From a bacterium (GTDB lineage Bacteria; Bacteroidota; Ignavibacteria; UBA10030), in contig JAZDJN010000064.1 in NCBI GenBank assembly GCA_043803945.1, positions 1-64,000 of the forward strand: a stretch of 64,000 nucleotides of DNA. Reading direction: 5' to 3'. The notes beneath the pieces were generated by a model that was not told where the DNA came from, searched no databases, and saw nothing but the letters and a program-made list of their open reading frames with translations. Positions 19,208 to 29,946 of the stretch are shown one piece after another. Every line of letters starts with the position of its first letter. Position 1 is the first letter of the stretch. A program made the translations under genes and the position numbers.

Positions 19208-22192
19208 ATGAGAAGATTGAGCTTCATGATAGTGTTTCTTGCGTTAATCATGTCGTGCGGATATGCATCAGGATCGAATGCACAACAGCACGTTCAAAAG
19301 ACACTTCCCCTTGACCGCATGCCGGGGATCACCAAGCGCGATCGAACTAACAGCCTTTACATGCACGATCGGATCATCATTAAATTGATGCCGAAGGCGA
19401 CGACGTCGTTATCAAAATCGCTGAGTGGTATTCAGGCAATTGCTGCAATCCTGAGCCGTGTTTCGGTAACATCGGATCGGGCGATGTTTGTTAATCCGCC
19501 GGCAGTTCAAAAAAAAGGAGATGTCGATCTTTCGCAATTCTATGTTGTGCAATTTTCTTCACCGAACGATCCTTTCGCTCTTACTGAAGAGTTGTCCAAA
19601 CTTCCCGAAGTTCAGTATGCCGAACCCTGGTATATCGCAACGCTCACCCAAACAACATCCACACCAAACGATCCCCTTTATACAAACCAATGGGGATTGA
19701 AAAAGATTAAAGCAGAAGAAGCCTGGGGAATTTCCAAGGGCGACTCAACGGTGGTCATTGCCATTGTCGATACCGGGGTTGATATCCTCCATCCCGATTT
19801 GGCAGCAAATATCTGGACTAACCCTGGTGAGGTGGGGCTCGACACACTTGGACGCGATAAGCGTACTAACGGAGTAGACGATGACAACAACACCTACATT
19901 GACGATGTTCATGGATGGGATTTCGCTGGAGGGGACTACAACGCTCTGAAGGGTGACAACGATCCGAGTCCCCATGGATCTGGTGTGGGTCATGGAACTA
20001 TTGTTGCCGGAATTGCAGCCTCGGTTACAAACAACGGAATCGGTGTTGCCTCCATTGGCTACAAGTGCAAAATCCTGCCTGTGAAATGTGCTGCAGACAA
20101 TGACACTCGAAGCGGCGGCTCAGCCTTTATAGCCAATGGGTATGAAGGAATTGTCTATGCAGCGAAGATGGGTGCCAAGGTCATCAATTGCAGTTGGGCG
20201 TCACCCGGAGGATCTCAGGCCGAGCAGGATATCATTAACTTCGCAACGCAGCAGGGAGCGCTTGTCGTCGGTGCCGCAGGCAACGATTATACGAATAGCT
20301 TTAACTCTCCTGCAGGATATGAGAATGTCCTCGGTGTTATGGCAAGTGATAATAATGATCTCAAGGCAAGCTTTTCAAACTATGGAGATTATTTCGATGT
20401 TTCGGCACCGGGGATTAACATCTTCAGCACGATGTACGATTTCTACGACACGACACACCCTCACACGTATACCAGCTTTTTCGGCGTGAGCGGCACATCG
20501 GTGGCGAGCCCCTTTGCGGCAGGATTGGCAGGGCTGGTGAAATCCCGATTTCCCCATTTCACACCCCAGCAGGTTGCAGAACAAATCCGCGTCAATTCCG
20601 ATAATATCGACGCACTCAATCCGAGCTACGCTGGTCAATTAGGGCATGGGCGTATCAATGCACTCCGTGCACTCACAGATACAACGCTCCCATCGGTGCG
20701 AATGCTTTCGTATGACATGAAAGATTATCCCGGGGGAAATGGCGACGGCTTTGCACAGAAAGCCGAAACGCTCACCATTCGCTGCCAGTTTGAAAATTTC
20801 CTTGCCCGTACATCGCCGGGATCAACAATTCAACTAAAGAGCCTGAGCCCGTACATTACCATTATCGACGGTGCTATTCCGATTGGAGTACTCAATACGC
20901 TGGAATCGATTTCCAACAATGCTTCGCCCTTTTGTGTCTATGTTCAACCTTCAGCACCATCAAGCCATTTGGCGACCCTGCAGATTGCGGTCACCTCCGG
21001 ATCGTTTACCGATACACAGAATTTTTCTTTTATGGTAAACCAAACCTATCAAACACACAACGTCAATGCCATCCGGTTAACCCTGACCAACAATGGTGCT
21101 CTTGGCTTCTTCGATTATCCGTCGAATAAGCTTGGCGAAGGATTTATCTTCCACGGTGTCAATCATTTGTTCGAAGGAGGATTGATCATCGCATCGTCGC
21201 CGACCAGAGTGGTGAACGTCGTTCGGGATGTCAACGACGAACAGACCAAGGACTTTTTCTCCTCGAGTTTATATAAGCTCGATACGCCTGGTTCAATTTC
21301 AAGTCAGGATGGTTTTACCTCGTTTACCGATGCCAATGCTCCGGCAGAAAATAAAATTGGGCTCTCCGTGGAGATGTACTCGTATGCCTACAATGCTCCG
21401 ACAGATTCGCGATACATCCTCCTGCGTTATGACATCAAGAACACTTCACCAACGGCAATTTCAAATCTTTATGCCGGAATCTTTCTGGACTGGGATATCG
21501 GCGATTACAATAAAAACATTGTACGCTACGATGCATCACGAAGTTTAAGCTATACCTTCGAAACCGGCGATACTGCACGAAAGGAGTACTTTGGTATTCG
21601 CGCTGTGGACAGCGCAGCATCATCGCGAGCTTTAGTGAATAATATGCTTGATGTTTCACGCGCTGCAAAATGGCAATGGCTGAGCGGCGGAGTTCAACAA
21701 GCACAGGCGGGACCTGCCGACATTCACCATGTCCTTTCCTCAGGCCCTTATTCACTTAATCCGGGTGCAAAACAGATTGTGGGATTTGCACTTGTTGTCG
21801 GCGACAGCTCGCTTGCCAACCTTCAGCAAAATGCCGATGTCGCCAAGGCGAAATGGAAATCGATTCTTAAAGTCGTCGATGTTGAGAAGCTGCCCGAGGT
21901 TCCCCGTTCATTCTCGCTTGATCAGAACTATCCGAATCCATTCAACCCGAGAACAACGATCGCTTACCGGATTCCGGAGCGGAGTATAGTAACACTCAAA
22001 CTCTTCGATCTGCTTGGGCGGGAAGTGCTCACACTGGTCAATGAGGAACAATTAGCCGGAGCACATGCCCTGGCCTGGGATGCCGCAGCATACCCGAGCG
22101 GTGTCTATTTCTACCGAATAGAGGTTCACCCGCTCTCCGGCGGACGCATGGGTTCATTTGTCGAAACCAGAAAGCTAATATTGATGCGATAA
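19208..22192 (+). CDS. S8 subtilisin-family serine peptidase with T9SS-type C-terminal sorting domain
   Basis: Catalytic triad motifs IVDTG, HGT, GTSVASP; C-terminal QNYPNPFNP..SGVYFY. Confidence 0.93.
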   Translation: MRRLSFMIVFLALIMSCGYASGSNAQQHVQKTLPLDRMPGITKRDRTNSLYMHDRIIIKLMPKATTSLSKSLSGIQAIAAILSRVSVTSDRAMFVNPPAVQKKGDVDLSQFYVVQFSSPNDPFALTEELSKLPEVQYAEPWYIATLTQTTSTPNDPLYTNQWGLKKIKAEEAWGISKGDSTVVIAIVDTGVDILHPDLAANIWTNPGEVGLDTLGRDKRTNGVDDDNNTYIDDVHGWDFAGGDYNALKGDNDPSPHGSGVGHGTIVAGIAASVTNNGIGVASIGYKCKILPVKCAADNDTRSGGSAFIANGYEGIVYAAKMGAKVINCSWASPGGSQAEQDIINFATQQGALVVGAAGNDYTNSFNSPAGYENVLGVMASDNNDLKASFSNYGDYFDVSAPGINIFSTMYDFYDTTHPHTYTSFFGVSGTSVASPFAAGLAGLVKSRFPHFTPQQVAEQIRVNSDNIDALNPSYAGQLGHGRINALRALTDTTLPSVRMLSYDMKDYPGGNGDGFAQKAETLTIRCQFENFLARTSPGSTIQLKSLSPYITIIDGAIPIGVLNTLESISNNASPFCVYVQPSAPSSHLATLQIAVTSGSFTDTQNFSFMVNQTYQTHNVNAIRLTLTNNGALGFFDYPSNKLGEGFIFHGVNHLFEGGLIIASSPTRVVNVVRDVNDEQTKDFFSSSLYKLDTPGSISSQDGFTSFTDANAPAENKIGLSVEMYSYAYNAPTDSRYILLRYDIKNTSPTAISNLYAGIFLDWDIGDYNKNIVRYDASRSLSYTFETGDTARKEYFGIRAVDSAASSRALVNNMLDVSRAAKWQWLSGGVQQAQAGPADIHHVLSSGPYSLNPGAKQIVGFALVVGDSSLANLQQNADVAKAKWKSILKVVDVEKLPEVPRSFSLDQNYPNPFNPRTTIAYRIPERSIVTLKLFDLLGREVLTLVNEEQLAGAHALAWDAAAYPSGVYFYRIEVHPLSGGRMGSFVETRKLILMR

Positions 22193-22245
22193 TAACTATT
22201 TCTCTATTTGGTATCTGCTACGCGGAGCTGAATTACAATGCATAA

Positions 22246-22573
22246 TAGATCCCCGACAAAAGCATTCGGGGAACACCAGGGGATTGGAAACAACAGGCAA
22301 AGGACAGTGATCCCAAAATGTTTACCCGCCGAAATGTTTTCTATGAAGGCGGGATTCTATTTGGGATCTACTAAATGGAAATGCATTGCATCGCATGATA
22401 GATCCCCGACAAAAGCATTCGGGGAACACCAGGGGTACTCAGTGTATAAAAGAAGGATAGCGTTTCCAGCATGTCTCTGGCTGGAATCTGTAAAACGGAA
22501 CCAGAGCTTCTATAAAGCAGATCCCCCCGATAAAAAGCATCGGGGCAGGCCGATAAAAACATTCGGGGAACAC
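22246..22573. repeat. Second copy of the BIME-like REP array
   Basis: Near-identical to 11738-12008, including spacers and inserted hairpins. Confidence 0.85.
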
Positions 22574-22608
22574 TGTGAGGTTGGAAAACTCCGAAAAAAT
22601 TGATCCCT

Positions 22609-23637
22609 ATGAAAGCAATGATTCTCGAAAAGCTGGGTGTCATTACAGCGGAAAGTAATCCTCTTCGCTTCGGGTCCATGCCCGATCCTGTGCCGCGTGA
22701 CCATGAAGTTCTGCTCAAAGTCCACACCTGCGGTGTCTGTCATACCGAGCTTGACGAAATTGAGGGACGCACTCCGCCTCCCTCCCTGCCGATCATTCCG
22801 GGCCATCAGGTCGTTGGTACTCTTCTCTCTACAGGAGGTGCTGTACCAAATCTCAAAATTGGCGACCGCGTTGGTGTTGCTTGGATTTATTCAGCTTGCG
22901 GAACTTGCTCGTGGTGCCTTTCGGGAAACGAAAATCTTTGTCCCGATTTTCGGGGAACGGGAAGAGATGTCAATGGCGGATATGCAGAATACCTCACCGT
23001 GCCGGCTACGTTCATCTTCCCAATACCGGAGATCTTCAGCGATGCTGAGGCTGCTCCATTATTATGCGCCGGTGCTATTGGGTACCGATCGCTGCGGCTG
23101 ACGGGAATTCGCGATGGACAAGCGCTCGGGCTAACAGGTTTTGGTGCATCGGCACATCTGGTTATCAAGATGGTGCGGCACCGCTATCCCGGCACGAGGG
23201 TGTATGTTTTCGCCAGGAGCGAATCGGAGCGCGCCTTTGCAAAAGAACTCGGCGCTGCTTGGGCAGGTGCTATTCATGAATCATCGCCGGAACTGCTCGA
23301 TGCCATCATCGATACCACGCCGGCCTGGAATCCCGTTGTCGAAGCCTTGAAGAACCTTGCTCCCGCCGGCCGCCTTGTGATCAACGCCATCAGAAAAGAA
23401 GGGGTGGATAAAGACGCTCTTCTGCGGCTTGAGTATCCAATACACCTCTGGATGGAAAAAGAGATTAAGAGTGTCGCTAATGTTGCACGCTGCGATGTCA
23501 GCGAGTTTCTCCAATTGGCCGCTGCGATGGCACTCAAACCGGAGGTGCAGGAGTTCAGGCTGGAAGAGGCCAACAGGGCTCTTTGTGAATTGAAATCGAC
23601 AACAATTCGCGGCGCAAAGGTCTTGAGGATTGAGTAA
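22609..23637 (+). CDS. Zinc-binding alcohol dehydrogenase family protein
   Basis: CGVCHTE, PGHQVVG, CGTCSWC..C, APLLCAG. Confidence 0.93.
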   Translation: MKAMILEKLGVITAESNPLRFGSMPDPVPRDHEVLLKVHTCGVCHTELDEIEGRTPPPSLPIIPGHQVVGTLLSTGGAVPNLKIGDRVGVAWIYSACGTCSWCLSGNENLCPDFRGTGRDVNGGYAEYLTVPATFIFPIPEIFSDAEAAPLLCAGAIGYRSLRLTGIRDGQALGLTGFGASAHLVIKMVRHRYPGTRVYVFARSESERAFAKELGAAWAGAIHESSPELLDAIIDTTPAWNPVVEALKNLAPAGRLVINAIRKEGVDKDALLRLEYPIHLWMEKEIKSVANVARCDVSEFLQLAAAMALKPEVQEFRLEEANRALCELKSTTIRGAKVLRIE

Positions 23638-23694
23638 AAAGGAAATATACTCTTCCTGCGACTCCATCAGCTACATCATCAACAAGGAATCATT

Positions 23695-25185
23695 ATGACT
23701 CAACCATCGCAACCGGGTTTGTTACATTCGTTTCCAAAAGTTTTCTGGGTGGCAAATATTATGGAGCTCTTCGAGCGCGCCGCTTACTACGGAATGAACT
23801 CCGTGCTCGCCGTTTATCTAACCAACTCCTTGCAGAATGGCGGACTTGGATTTTCGGAAGATTCGGTCGGGTTTCTCCAGAGTCTTGTCTATGCCTTGAC
23901 GTACGTCGTGCCCATCCTCGGGGGTGCCCTTGCGGATCATTACGGTTACCGAAGAATGTTGATGGTTGCCTTTTCCTTTCTGACAACCGGATATTTTATC
24001 ACCGGCAATATGAGTTCGTACGGAGCCGTCTTTGCCAGTCTGCTTGTGATGGCGACCGGAGCCGGCTTGTTTAAACCGATTATTTCCGGGACGATTGCCC
24101 GCACGACAAACGAACAGAATTCCGGATTCGGTTTTGGCATTTATTACTGGATGATCAACCTCGGCGCATTCCTTGCCCCGCTGGTTGTCAGCTACTTGAA
24201 AGGTTTTTCGTGGAGTTATGTTTTTACCGCCTCGGCTTTGTATACAGGACTTATGCTGCTCCCCACCGTGTTTATCTTTCGTGATCCTCCAAAGCCGGAG
24301 AGCACAAAGAAATTAAAAGAGGCCCTCGGCGGCATGGCTCTCGTGCTTTGCGATGCACGGTTCATGCTGATGATTGTGGTGTACTCCTGCTTCTGGATTC
24401 TCTACTTCCAGAACTTCGGAACCGTGCTCTGGTTCCTGAGGGACTTCGTGAACAAGACACCGGTGAATGAAGCGTTCGCTGCAATCGGAATTTCATTTTC
24501 GTTCGATGCAGAGCATGTTACCGTGATTAACGCCGGCACCATCATCCTGCTCCAGGTTCTGGTGAGCCGCATCGTGAAGGATGTTAAAGCACTGCCGACG
24601 ATGGTGGCGGGTATCCTTCTCGGTGCAGTCGGGTTTATTTGCCTGGCATATGCCTCAACAGCATGGCTTTTTATTCTCGGCATCGCCGTTTTTTCCATCG
24701 GCGAGATGACTGCTCATCCGAAATACTACAGCTACATCGGTCTTGTCGCACCTTCGGATAAGAAGGCCGTCTACATGGGATACGCGTTCCTCTACGGAGT
24801 GATCGGGAGCCTTGTCGGATCGAATCTCGGCGGAGAGATGTACAATTCGATGCTCAAGCCCTTGCTCGGTCAATCCGGCATTGAATCAGAACTGCGTAAC
24901 TTCTGGTTGATCTTTGCCGCACTTGGATTCGTGACAGCACTCGGTCTTATTGCCTACAACCATTTCTTCTCTGCTGATACACCTGAAACCAATCGCCGGG
25001 CACGCACAATCATGATCAATGTCTACCTTCTGCTCACCGCGCTCGGTTGCTGGTTCTTCTATAAATCGGTGTTTGCCGGTAATACCGTCGTCTATCGAAC
25101 GATGGTACAAGCAGTTATTATGCTGGTGATTGGATCGGGAGGCTTGGTCATTAGTCTGAAAACCAACAGGCCAGCAACCACTTGA
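23695..25185 (+). CDS. MFS transporter (POT/peptide transporter-like)
   Basis: ELFERAAYYG (ExxER), GGALADHYG, FGIYYWMINLG. Confidence 0.88.
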   Translation: MTQPSQPGLLHSFPKVFWVANIMELFERAAYYGMNSVLAVYLTNSLQNGGLGFSEDSVGFLQSLVYALTYVVPILGGALADHYGYRRMLMVAFSFLTTGYFITGNMSSYGAVFASLLVMATGAGLFKPIISGTIARTTNEQNSGFGFGIYYWMINLGAFLAPLVVSYLKGFSWSYVFTASALYTGLMLLPTVFIFRDPPKPESTKKLKEALGGMALVLCDARFMLMIVVYSCFWILYFQNFGTVLWFLRDFVNKTPVNEAFAAIGISFSFDAEHVTVINAGTIILLQVLVSRIVKDVKALPTMVAGILLGAVGFICLAYASTAWLFILGIAVFSIGEMTAHPKYYSYIGLVAPSDKKAVYMGYAFLYGVIGSLVGSNLGGEMYNSMLKPLLGQSGIESELRNFWLIFAALGFVTALGLIAYNHFFSADTPETNRRARTIMINVYLLLTALGCWFFYKSVFAGNTVVYRTMVQAVIMLVIGSGGLVISLKTNRPATT

Positions 25186-25238
25186 TCATCGGAACAAGCT
25201 ATTCTCCAATAACGATTGATTTACCGCTCGATGACAAG

Positions 25239-26093
25239 ATGAGGAAAAGATTGAAACAATTCTTCTTCGTACATATTTCCATCCAATTCCTGTTTGGCAT
25301 CGTCGCTATGATTCTTACTCTGGCTGGCTGTTCAACTGCACCAACGGTAAAGGAAGATCCCAAGTCTGAGCCGCCGCCACGCGTTGAGGCACCGCGTAAG
25401 CCCGACATGACTGTCGTCCTTGCCAGTTTGAATCTGGCAAACCGCTCGACCCGATTTGAAAAGAAGGATCTTCAGCAGCTTGCCGCTGTGTTGAAGAAAG
25501 AACAGGTTGAAATTTTCTCGGTCCAGAATATCTCACGCTACCCGACCTTAACGAACAGGCTTGACTTCTACGATGAGCTGCTGGTGTTAACCGACATGCG
25601 CGGCAAGTTCGGCGAAATGTCCAATGTGTCGGGAAGAATACGCGGCAACGCGGTTTTCAGTATCTATCCAACCTACGGGTCGAAGACGACGTACTTCACC
25701 GGCGTGCGTTCTGCAAACGACGAAGCGCTACTGCAAGTGGTTATCGATGCCGGTGTACGGACTATCGGTATTGTGAGCGCGGCACTCCCCGAAAAAGCAA
25801 CAAGCGAAGAGCAGGTCAAATATCTCCAGATGATTGTTGCAGCGAATAAAGAGCTCGGTGCACCGCCCCTTATCCTGTCCGGAAACTTACCACAATCGGA
25901 AAAGGTTAGATCTTTAGGAGCGTTTACGCAAAGCGCTCCCTCGGGTAAAAAGGTGTCCGACAATGCTGTCTGGTATTCCTCGTCCGGGGAGCTTGTCCAG
26001 AGCGAGGCACGGTCGATTGAGACAGCGCTTGGCACTCTTTTGCTTGCACGCTTTGGTATCTTCCGTCAAATCACGAATCAACCAACGAGGTAA
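25239..26093 (+). CDS. Lipoprotein with a degenerate endonuclease/exonuclease/phosphatase fold
   Basis: LAGC lipobox; ASLNL, SVQNI, GNAVFS and ILSGNL resemble EEP motifs but lack the catalytic acidic residues. Confidence 0.5.
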   Translation: MRKRLKQFFFVHISIQFLFGIVAMILTLAGCSTAPTVKEDPKSEPPPRVEAPRKPDMTVVLASLNLANRSTRFEKKDLQQLAAVLKKEQVEIFSVQNISRYPTLTNRLDFYDELLVLTDMRGKFGEMSNVSGRIRGNAVFSIYPTYGSKTTYFTGVRSANDEALLQVVIDAGVRTIGIVSAALPEKATSEEQVKYLQMIVAANKELGAPPLILSGNLPQSEKVRSLGAFTQSAPSGKKVSDNAVWYSSSGELVQSEARSIETALGTLLLARFGIFRQITNQPTR

Positions 26094-26097
26094 CCTG

Positions 26098-26427
26098 ATG
26101 CGACGATTGATAACGTTGGCTCATGCTTTCCCGCTCAGCTTGGTTCTTCTCCTGGCTCTCAGTTCACTGGCAGGATTGGTATCCTCCTGCGATAATGAAG
26201 ACGAGAACACTCTGCGATTTACAGGTACTGTAACGTACATCGATCTTGAAGGGGGTTTTTACGGTATCACAGGAGATGACAGGAAACACTACGATCCGAT
26301 CAATCTTGCGCAAGAGTTCAAGAAAGATGGGTTGCGCGTCCGCATAGAGGCCCGAGAGCGGAACGATATGGGAAGCATTCATATGTGGGGAACGCTTATT
26401 GAAATACACACTATCGAAAGAATCTGA
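26098..26427 (+). CDS. Hypothetical lipoprotein
   Basis: Signal peptide with SSC; GTVTYIDLEGGFYGI..HMWG conserved-looking motif. Confidence 0.65.
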   Translation: MRRLITLAHAFPLSLVLLLALSSLAGLVSSCDNEDENTLRFTGTVTYIDLEGGFYGITGDDRKHYDPINLAQEFKKDGLRVRIEARERNDMGSIHMWGTLIEIHTIERI

Positions 26428-26825
26428 AATCAAACTCGTCCATTCCCATCTGCCGAATGCAACAGAAGCTTCCAACCACAAGCAGGATTGGAGTGAATTT
26501 GTTTTTGACCCCTTGAGAAGATATCTTGAGGTACAATGAGTCGTTGGCAAACAACCTGTTTAGTAACAACGTGACATAAGTATTGAACCGCCAAGCGACA
26601 CCAAGATTGCCAGGTAAAACAATTAAAACAAATGGTAATTTTACTAGATGAGTATATTATCTCTAAGTTTCTCTATTGTTTAACAATTTTTGGCGACCTT
26701 GGCGTTTTGCCTGCCTGCGTGCCTGCCTGCGCTGCCGCTCCGGCAGACAGGCCGAAGGCACTTCAGCAGGCAGGGCGGTTGGATTTTCATAGCAGCGATT
26801 ATAATCATTTTCCACAGGAGTATTC

Positions 26826-27656
26826 ATGAAACAAACGATTTTGCTTTGGGTTCTTGCGTTCACCATTACCGCCGCATCGGCCATTTACCAGAGGATGACA
26901 GGTCCAACGCATCCGCTTTCCGGATCGTTCGATCTGGCGGGAAAGACCTATTCGTTCAAATTCGATCGAAGCCATGGCGGCACGACCAATGCGCCGGTCC
27001 AAATAAAAACCGACGATGAATCCATTCAGGGAACTGTGTTCTGGAAACGCTATAAGACCGACGATGAATGGGTATCAATTCAGATGACCTACGCCAACGG
27101 TACTTTATCAGCGGAGCTGCCTAATCAACCTCCTGCCGGTAAGTTACTCTACCGCGTTGAGTTGAAGAAGGATGAGCAGACCGTCAGCGTGCCGGCCGGT
27201 GAGCCGATCATCATTCGATACAAGGGCGATGTACCGCTGTATGTTCTCATTCCCCATGTGTTTGCCATGTTCGGTGCCATGTTTTTGTCAACACGTGCCG
27301 GGCTCGAAATTTTCAGAAAGGAACCGCAGTATAAAAAATTCATTTACTGGACGCTCGGTTTTCTTTTTGCCGGGGGATTTATTCTCGGACCAATCATGCA
27401 GTGGTACGCTTTCAACGCCTGGTGGACCGGATGGCCTCTCGGTACCGACCTCACAGACAACAAAACTGCTGCTGCATTTCTCGGCTGGGTTGTTGCAGCA
27501 ATAGCACTCGCAAAATCATCCCGACCGAAGTATTGGGTTCTTGGAGCATCTATTGTTATGCTTGTTGTCTATCTTATTCCTCACAGTGTGCTGGGATCTG
27601 AGCTTAACTACAAAGACTTGGAAAAGCAGCAACAGCAAAAGAGCCAGCCGCAATAA
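26826..27656 (+). CDS. Hypothetical membrane protein
   Basis: YQRMTGPT, several TM helices, WTGWPLGTDLTDNKT; AGGAG RBS. Confidence 0.75.
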   Translation: MKQTILLWVLAFTITAASAIYQRMTGPTHPLSGSFDLAGKTYSFKFDRSHGGTTNAPVQIKTDDESIQGTVFWKRYKTDDEWVSIQMTYANGTLSAELPNQPPAGKLLYRVELKKDEQTVSVPAGEPIIIRYKGDVPLYVLIPHVFAMFGAMFLSTRAGLEIFRKEPQYKKFIYWTLGFLFAGGFILGPIMQWYAFNAWWTGWPLGTDLTDNKTAAAFLGWVVAAIALAKSSRPKYWVLGASIVMLVVYLIPHSVLGSELNYKDLEKQQQQKSQPQ

Positions 27657-27672
27657 TAACAGGAATCAACAT

Positions 27673-29346
27673 ATGGTATACCGATTATCTCTGTGTTTTC
27701 TCGCGGTAATTATTTTCCTCACCGCTTGTGTATCTTCAGCGGCCGCACAGGATGCAAGGCGGAAAAATCCGATTACATCAGAACAGGTGGAGCAAGCTGA
27801 ACAGTTGTTCGGCCTGAAATTCAACTCCGCCAAACGTGATTCCATGCTGGATAATCTGTATGAATATCTCACCGGATATGAACTCCTCAGAACCGTCCCG
27901 CTTGCCAATAGCGTGATGCCTGCCGTACTCTTTAATCCGATTCCGATCGGTTTCCACATGGAGCAGAAACGGATCTCGTTTAAAGCTGCGCCTGTCGGCA
28001 AGGTTGTTTTGCCAACAAATCCTGATGACCTGGCATTCTACTCTGTGGGGCAATTGGCAGAGCTCATCCGAACGCGGAAGATAACTTCTGAACTGTTAAC
28101 GACACTCTACCTCAACAGGCTGAAGAAGTACGGGCCAAAGTTGGAGTGTGTCATTTCTCTGACAGAAGAACTTGCCATGAAGCAGGCCCGCCGGGCAGAT
28201 GCGGAGATTGCCCGCGGAAATTACCGCGGCCCACTCCACGGTATCCCCTATGGCGTTAAAGATTTACTCGCGGTAAAGGGATATCGCACCACCTGGGGTG
28301 CCATGCCGTACAAAGAACAAGTGATCGATGAAGATGCGACCGTTGTTAAAAAGCTTGATCGGGCAGGAGCAGTGCTGGTGGCAAAATTAACGATGGGTGC
28401 ACTGGCGATGGGTGACTACTGGTATGGCGGCAGAACCCGCAATCCGTGGAATTACAGCCTGGGTTCGAGCGGATCATCCGCCGGTCCCGCAGCAGCTACG
28501 GCAGCCGGACTTGTCGGATTTTCCATCGGCACTGAAACGCTGGGGTCGATCGTTTCTCCGTCAACACGATGCGGCACAACCGGATTGCGGCCAACGTACG
28601 GCCGCGTCAGCCGAACAGGAGCGATGGCGTTAAGCTGGTCGATGGATAAGATCGGCCCCATTTGTCGTACCGTGGAAGATTGTGCGCTTGTGTTCAATGC
28701 AATCCATGGCCCGGACGGTGTTGATCAAACGCTGTACGATGCACCATTCAATTATACTCCCGCGATTACCCTGAGCAAGCTGAGAATAGGTTACCTCAAA
28801 ACCGAGTTCGACAGCGCCAGAGGCAACAGAGCATTAAATGATTCCGTCCTTGCTGTACTCAAGAGGCTTGGCGCAAAACTCGTCCCGATCCAGCTTCCCA
28901 AAATACCGGTGAGCAGCCTCTCACCAATTTTACGGGCAGAGGCCGCTGCTGCGTTTGACGATCTGACGCGGAGCGGACGTGACAGCTTGCTGGTTCGCCA
29001 GACAAAAGGGTCCTGGCCAAACAGTTTCCGCTCGTCGCGGTTTATTCCTGCCGTCGAATACATTCAGGCAAACCGTGTCCGGACTCTCCTCATCCAGGAA
29101 ATGCAAAAGCTCATGGACTCGATCGACGTCTATGTTGCTCCCTCCTTTGGAGGTGACAATCTCCTGCTCACAAATTTAACCGGCCATCCCTGTGTTGTTC
29201 TCCCGAATGGGTTTGGCAGGGAGGGAACTCCGACGAGTATCTCATTCATCGGTCAACTGTTCGGAGAAGCGAAACTTCTTGCGGCGGCACGAATCTATCA
29301 GAACGCGACAACTCATCATCTCAAACATCCGACACTGCGGGAGTAA
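27673..29346 (+). CDS. Amidase signature family protein
   Basis: GPLHGIPYGVKDL, GSSGSSAG, GTETLGSI. Confidence 0.93.
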   Translation: MVYRLSLCFLAVIIFLTACVSSAAAQDARRKNPITSEQVEQAEQLFGLKFNSAKRDSMLDNLYEYLTGYELLRTVPLANSVMPAVLFNPIPIGFHMEQKRISFKAAPVGKVVLPTNPDDLAFYSVGQLAELIRTRKITSELLTTLYLNRLKKYGPKLECVISLTEELAMKQARRADAEIARGNYRGPLHGIPYGVKDLLAVKGYRTTWGAMPYKEQVIDEDATVVKKLDRAGAVLVAKLTMGALAMGDYWYGGRTRNPWNYSLGSSGSSAGPAAATAAGLVGFSIGTETLGSIVSPSTRCGTTGLRPTYGRVSRTGAMALSWSMDKIGPICRTVEDCALVFNAIHGPDGVDQTLYDAPFNYTPAITLSKLRIGYLKTEFDSARGNRALNDSVLAVLKRLGAKLVPIQLPKIPVSSLSPILRAEAAAAFDDLTRSGRDSLLVRQTKGSWPNSFRSSRFIPAVEYIQANRVRTLLIQEMQKLMDSIDVYVAPSFGGDNLLLTNLTGHPCVVLPNGFGREGTPTSISFIGQLFGEAKLLAAARIYQNATTHHLKHPTLRE

Positions 29347-29372
29347 GCATATTCACTAACACCGGAGGTTCT

Positions 29373-29792
29373 GTGATAAACCGGTATAGGATTTTGGTTC
29401 TTGTCTTCTTATCACTCACAATCATTGCCAGTTGTAAAATCACCACGAATCCTCTCACACCGGATGTTCCGACAATTTATGGTACATGGAACTGGGAAAG
29501 TTCCATAGGAGGATTTGCCGGGCATATTCTCACACCAAAATCGACGGGATATATGAAGCAGGTTCGTTTATACACCAGCGGAGTGTATGAAGAGTACCGA
29601 AACAATGAACAGGTGCTCACCTCGCCATTTATCATCAAGGATAAAGTTGTAGGGCAACAAACGTATCAACTGCTTCTTCTCTCCAATTTTCCCGGAACAG
29701 AATTCTATATTAAGCTTCAAGGCAGGGATACGCTGTTACTCTCTGATCCTTTTGTTGATGGCTATCAGCACACGTATCGGCGGCAGAGATAA
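29373..29792 (+). CDS. Hypothetical lipoprotein
   Basis: IASC lipobox, GTWNW.SS.GG.AG motif, GGAGG RBS. Confidence 0.7.
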   Translation: MINRYRILVLVFLSLTIIASCKITTNPLTPDVPTIYGTWNWESSIGGFAGHILTPKSTGYMKQVRLYTSGVYEEYRNNEQVLTSPFIIKDKVVGQQTYQLLLLSNFPGTEFYIKLQGRDTLLLSDPFVDGYQHTYRRQR

Positions 29793-29946
29793 AGTATGAG
29801 AAACACAGACGAAAAGTCTAATCACTAGGGACACAAAGAGAATAGATTAATAGAAAATCAAAATTAATTCGGCCGTTTTTCCTTTGTGTCCTTTGTGGTT
29901 TAATTCTTAATCTAGACTTCTTGACCATGTTTCCGGAGTATGCTGG

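Noticed and set aside
22238-22603. ORFs spanning repeat arrays (also 12950-13254, 7306-7656, 26632-26884)
   Set aside because: These are translations of palindromic intergenic repeats.
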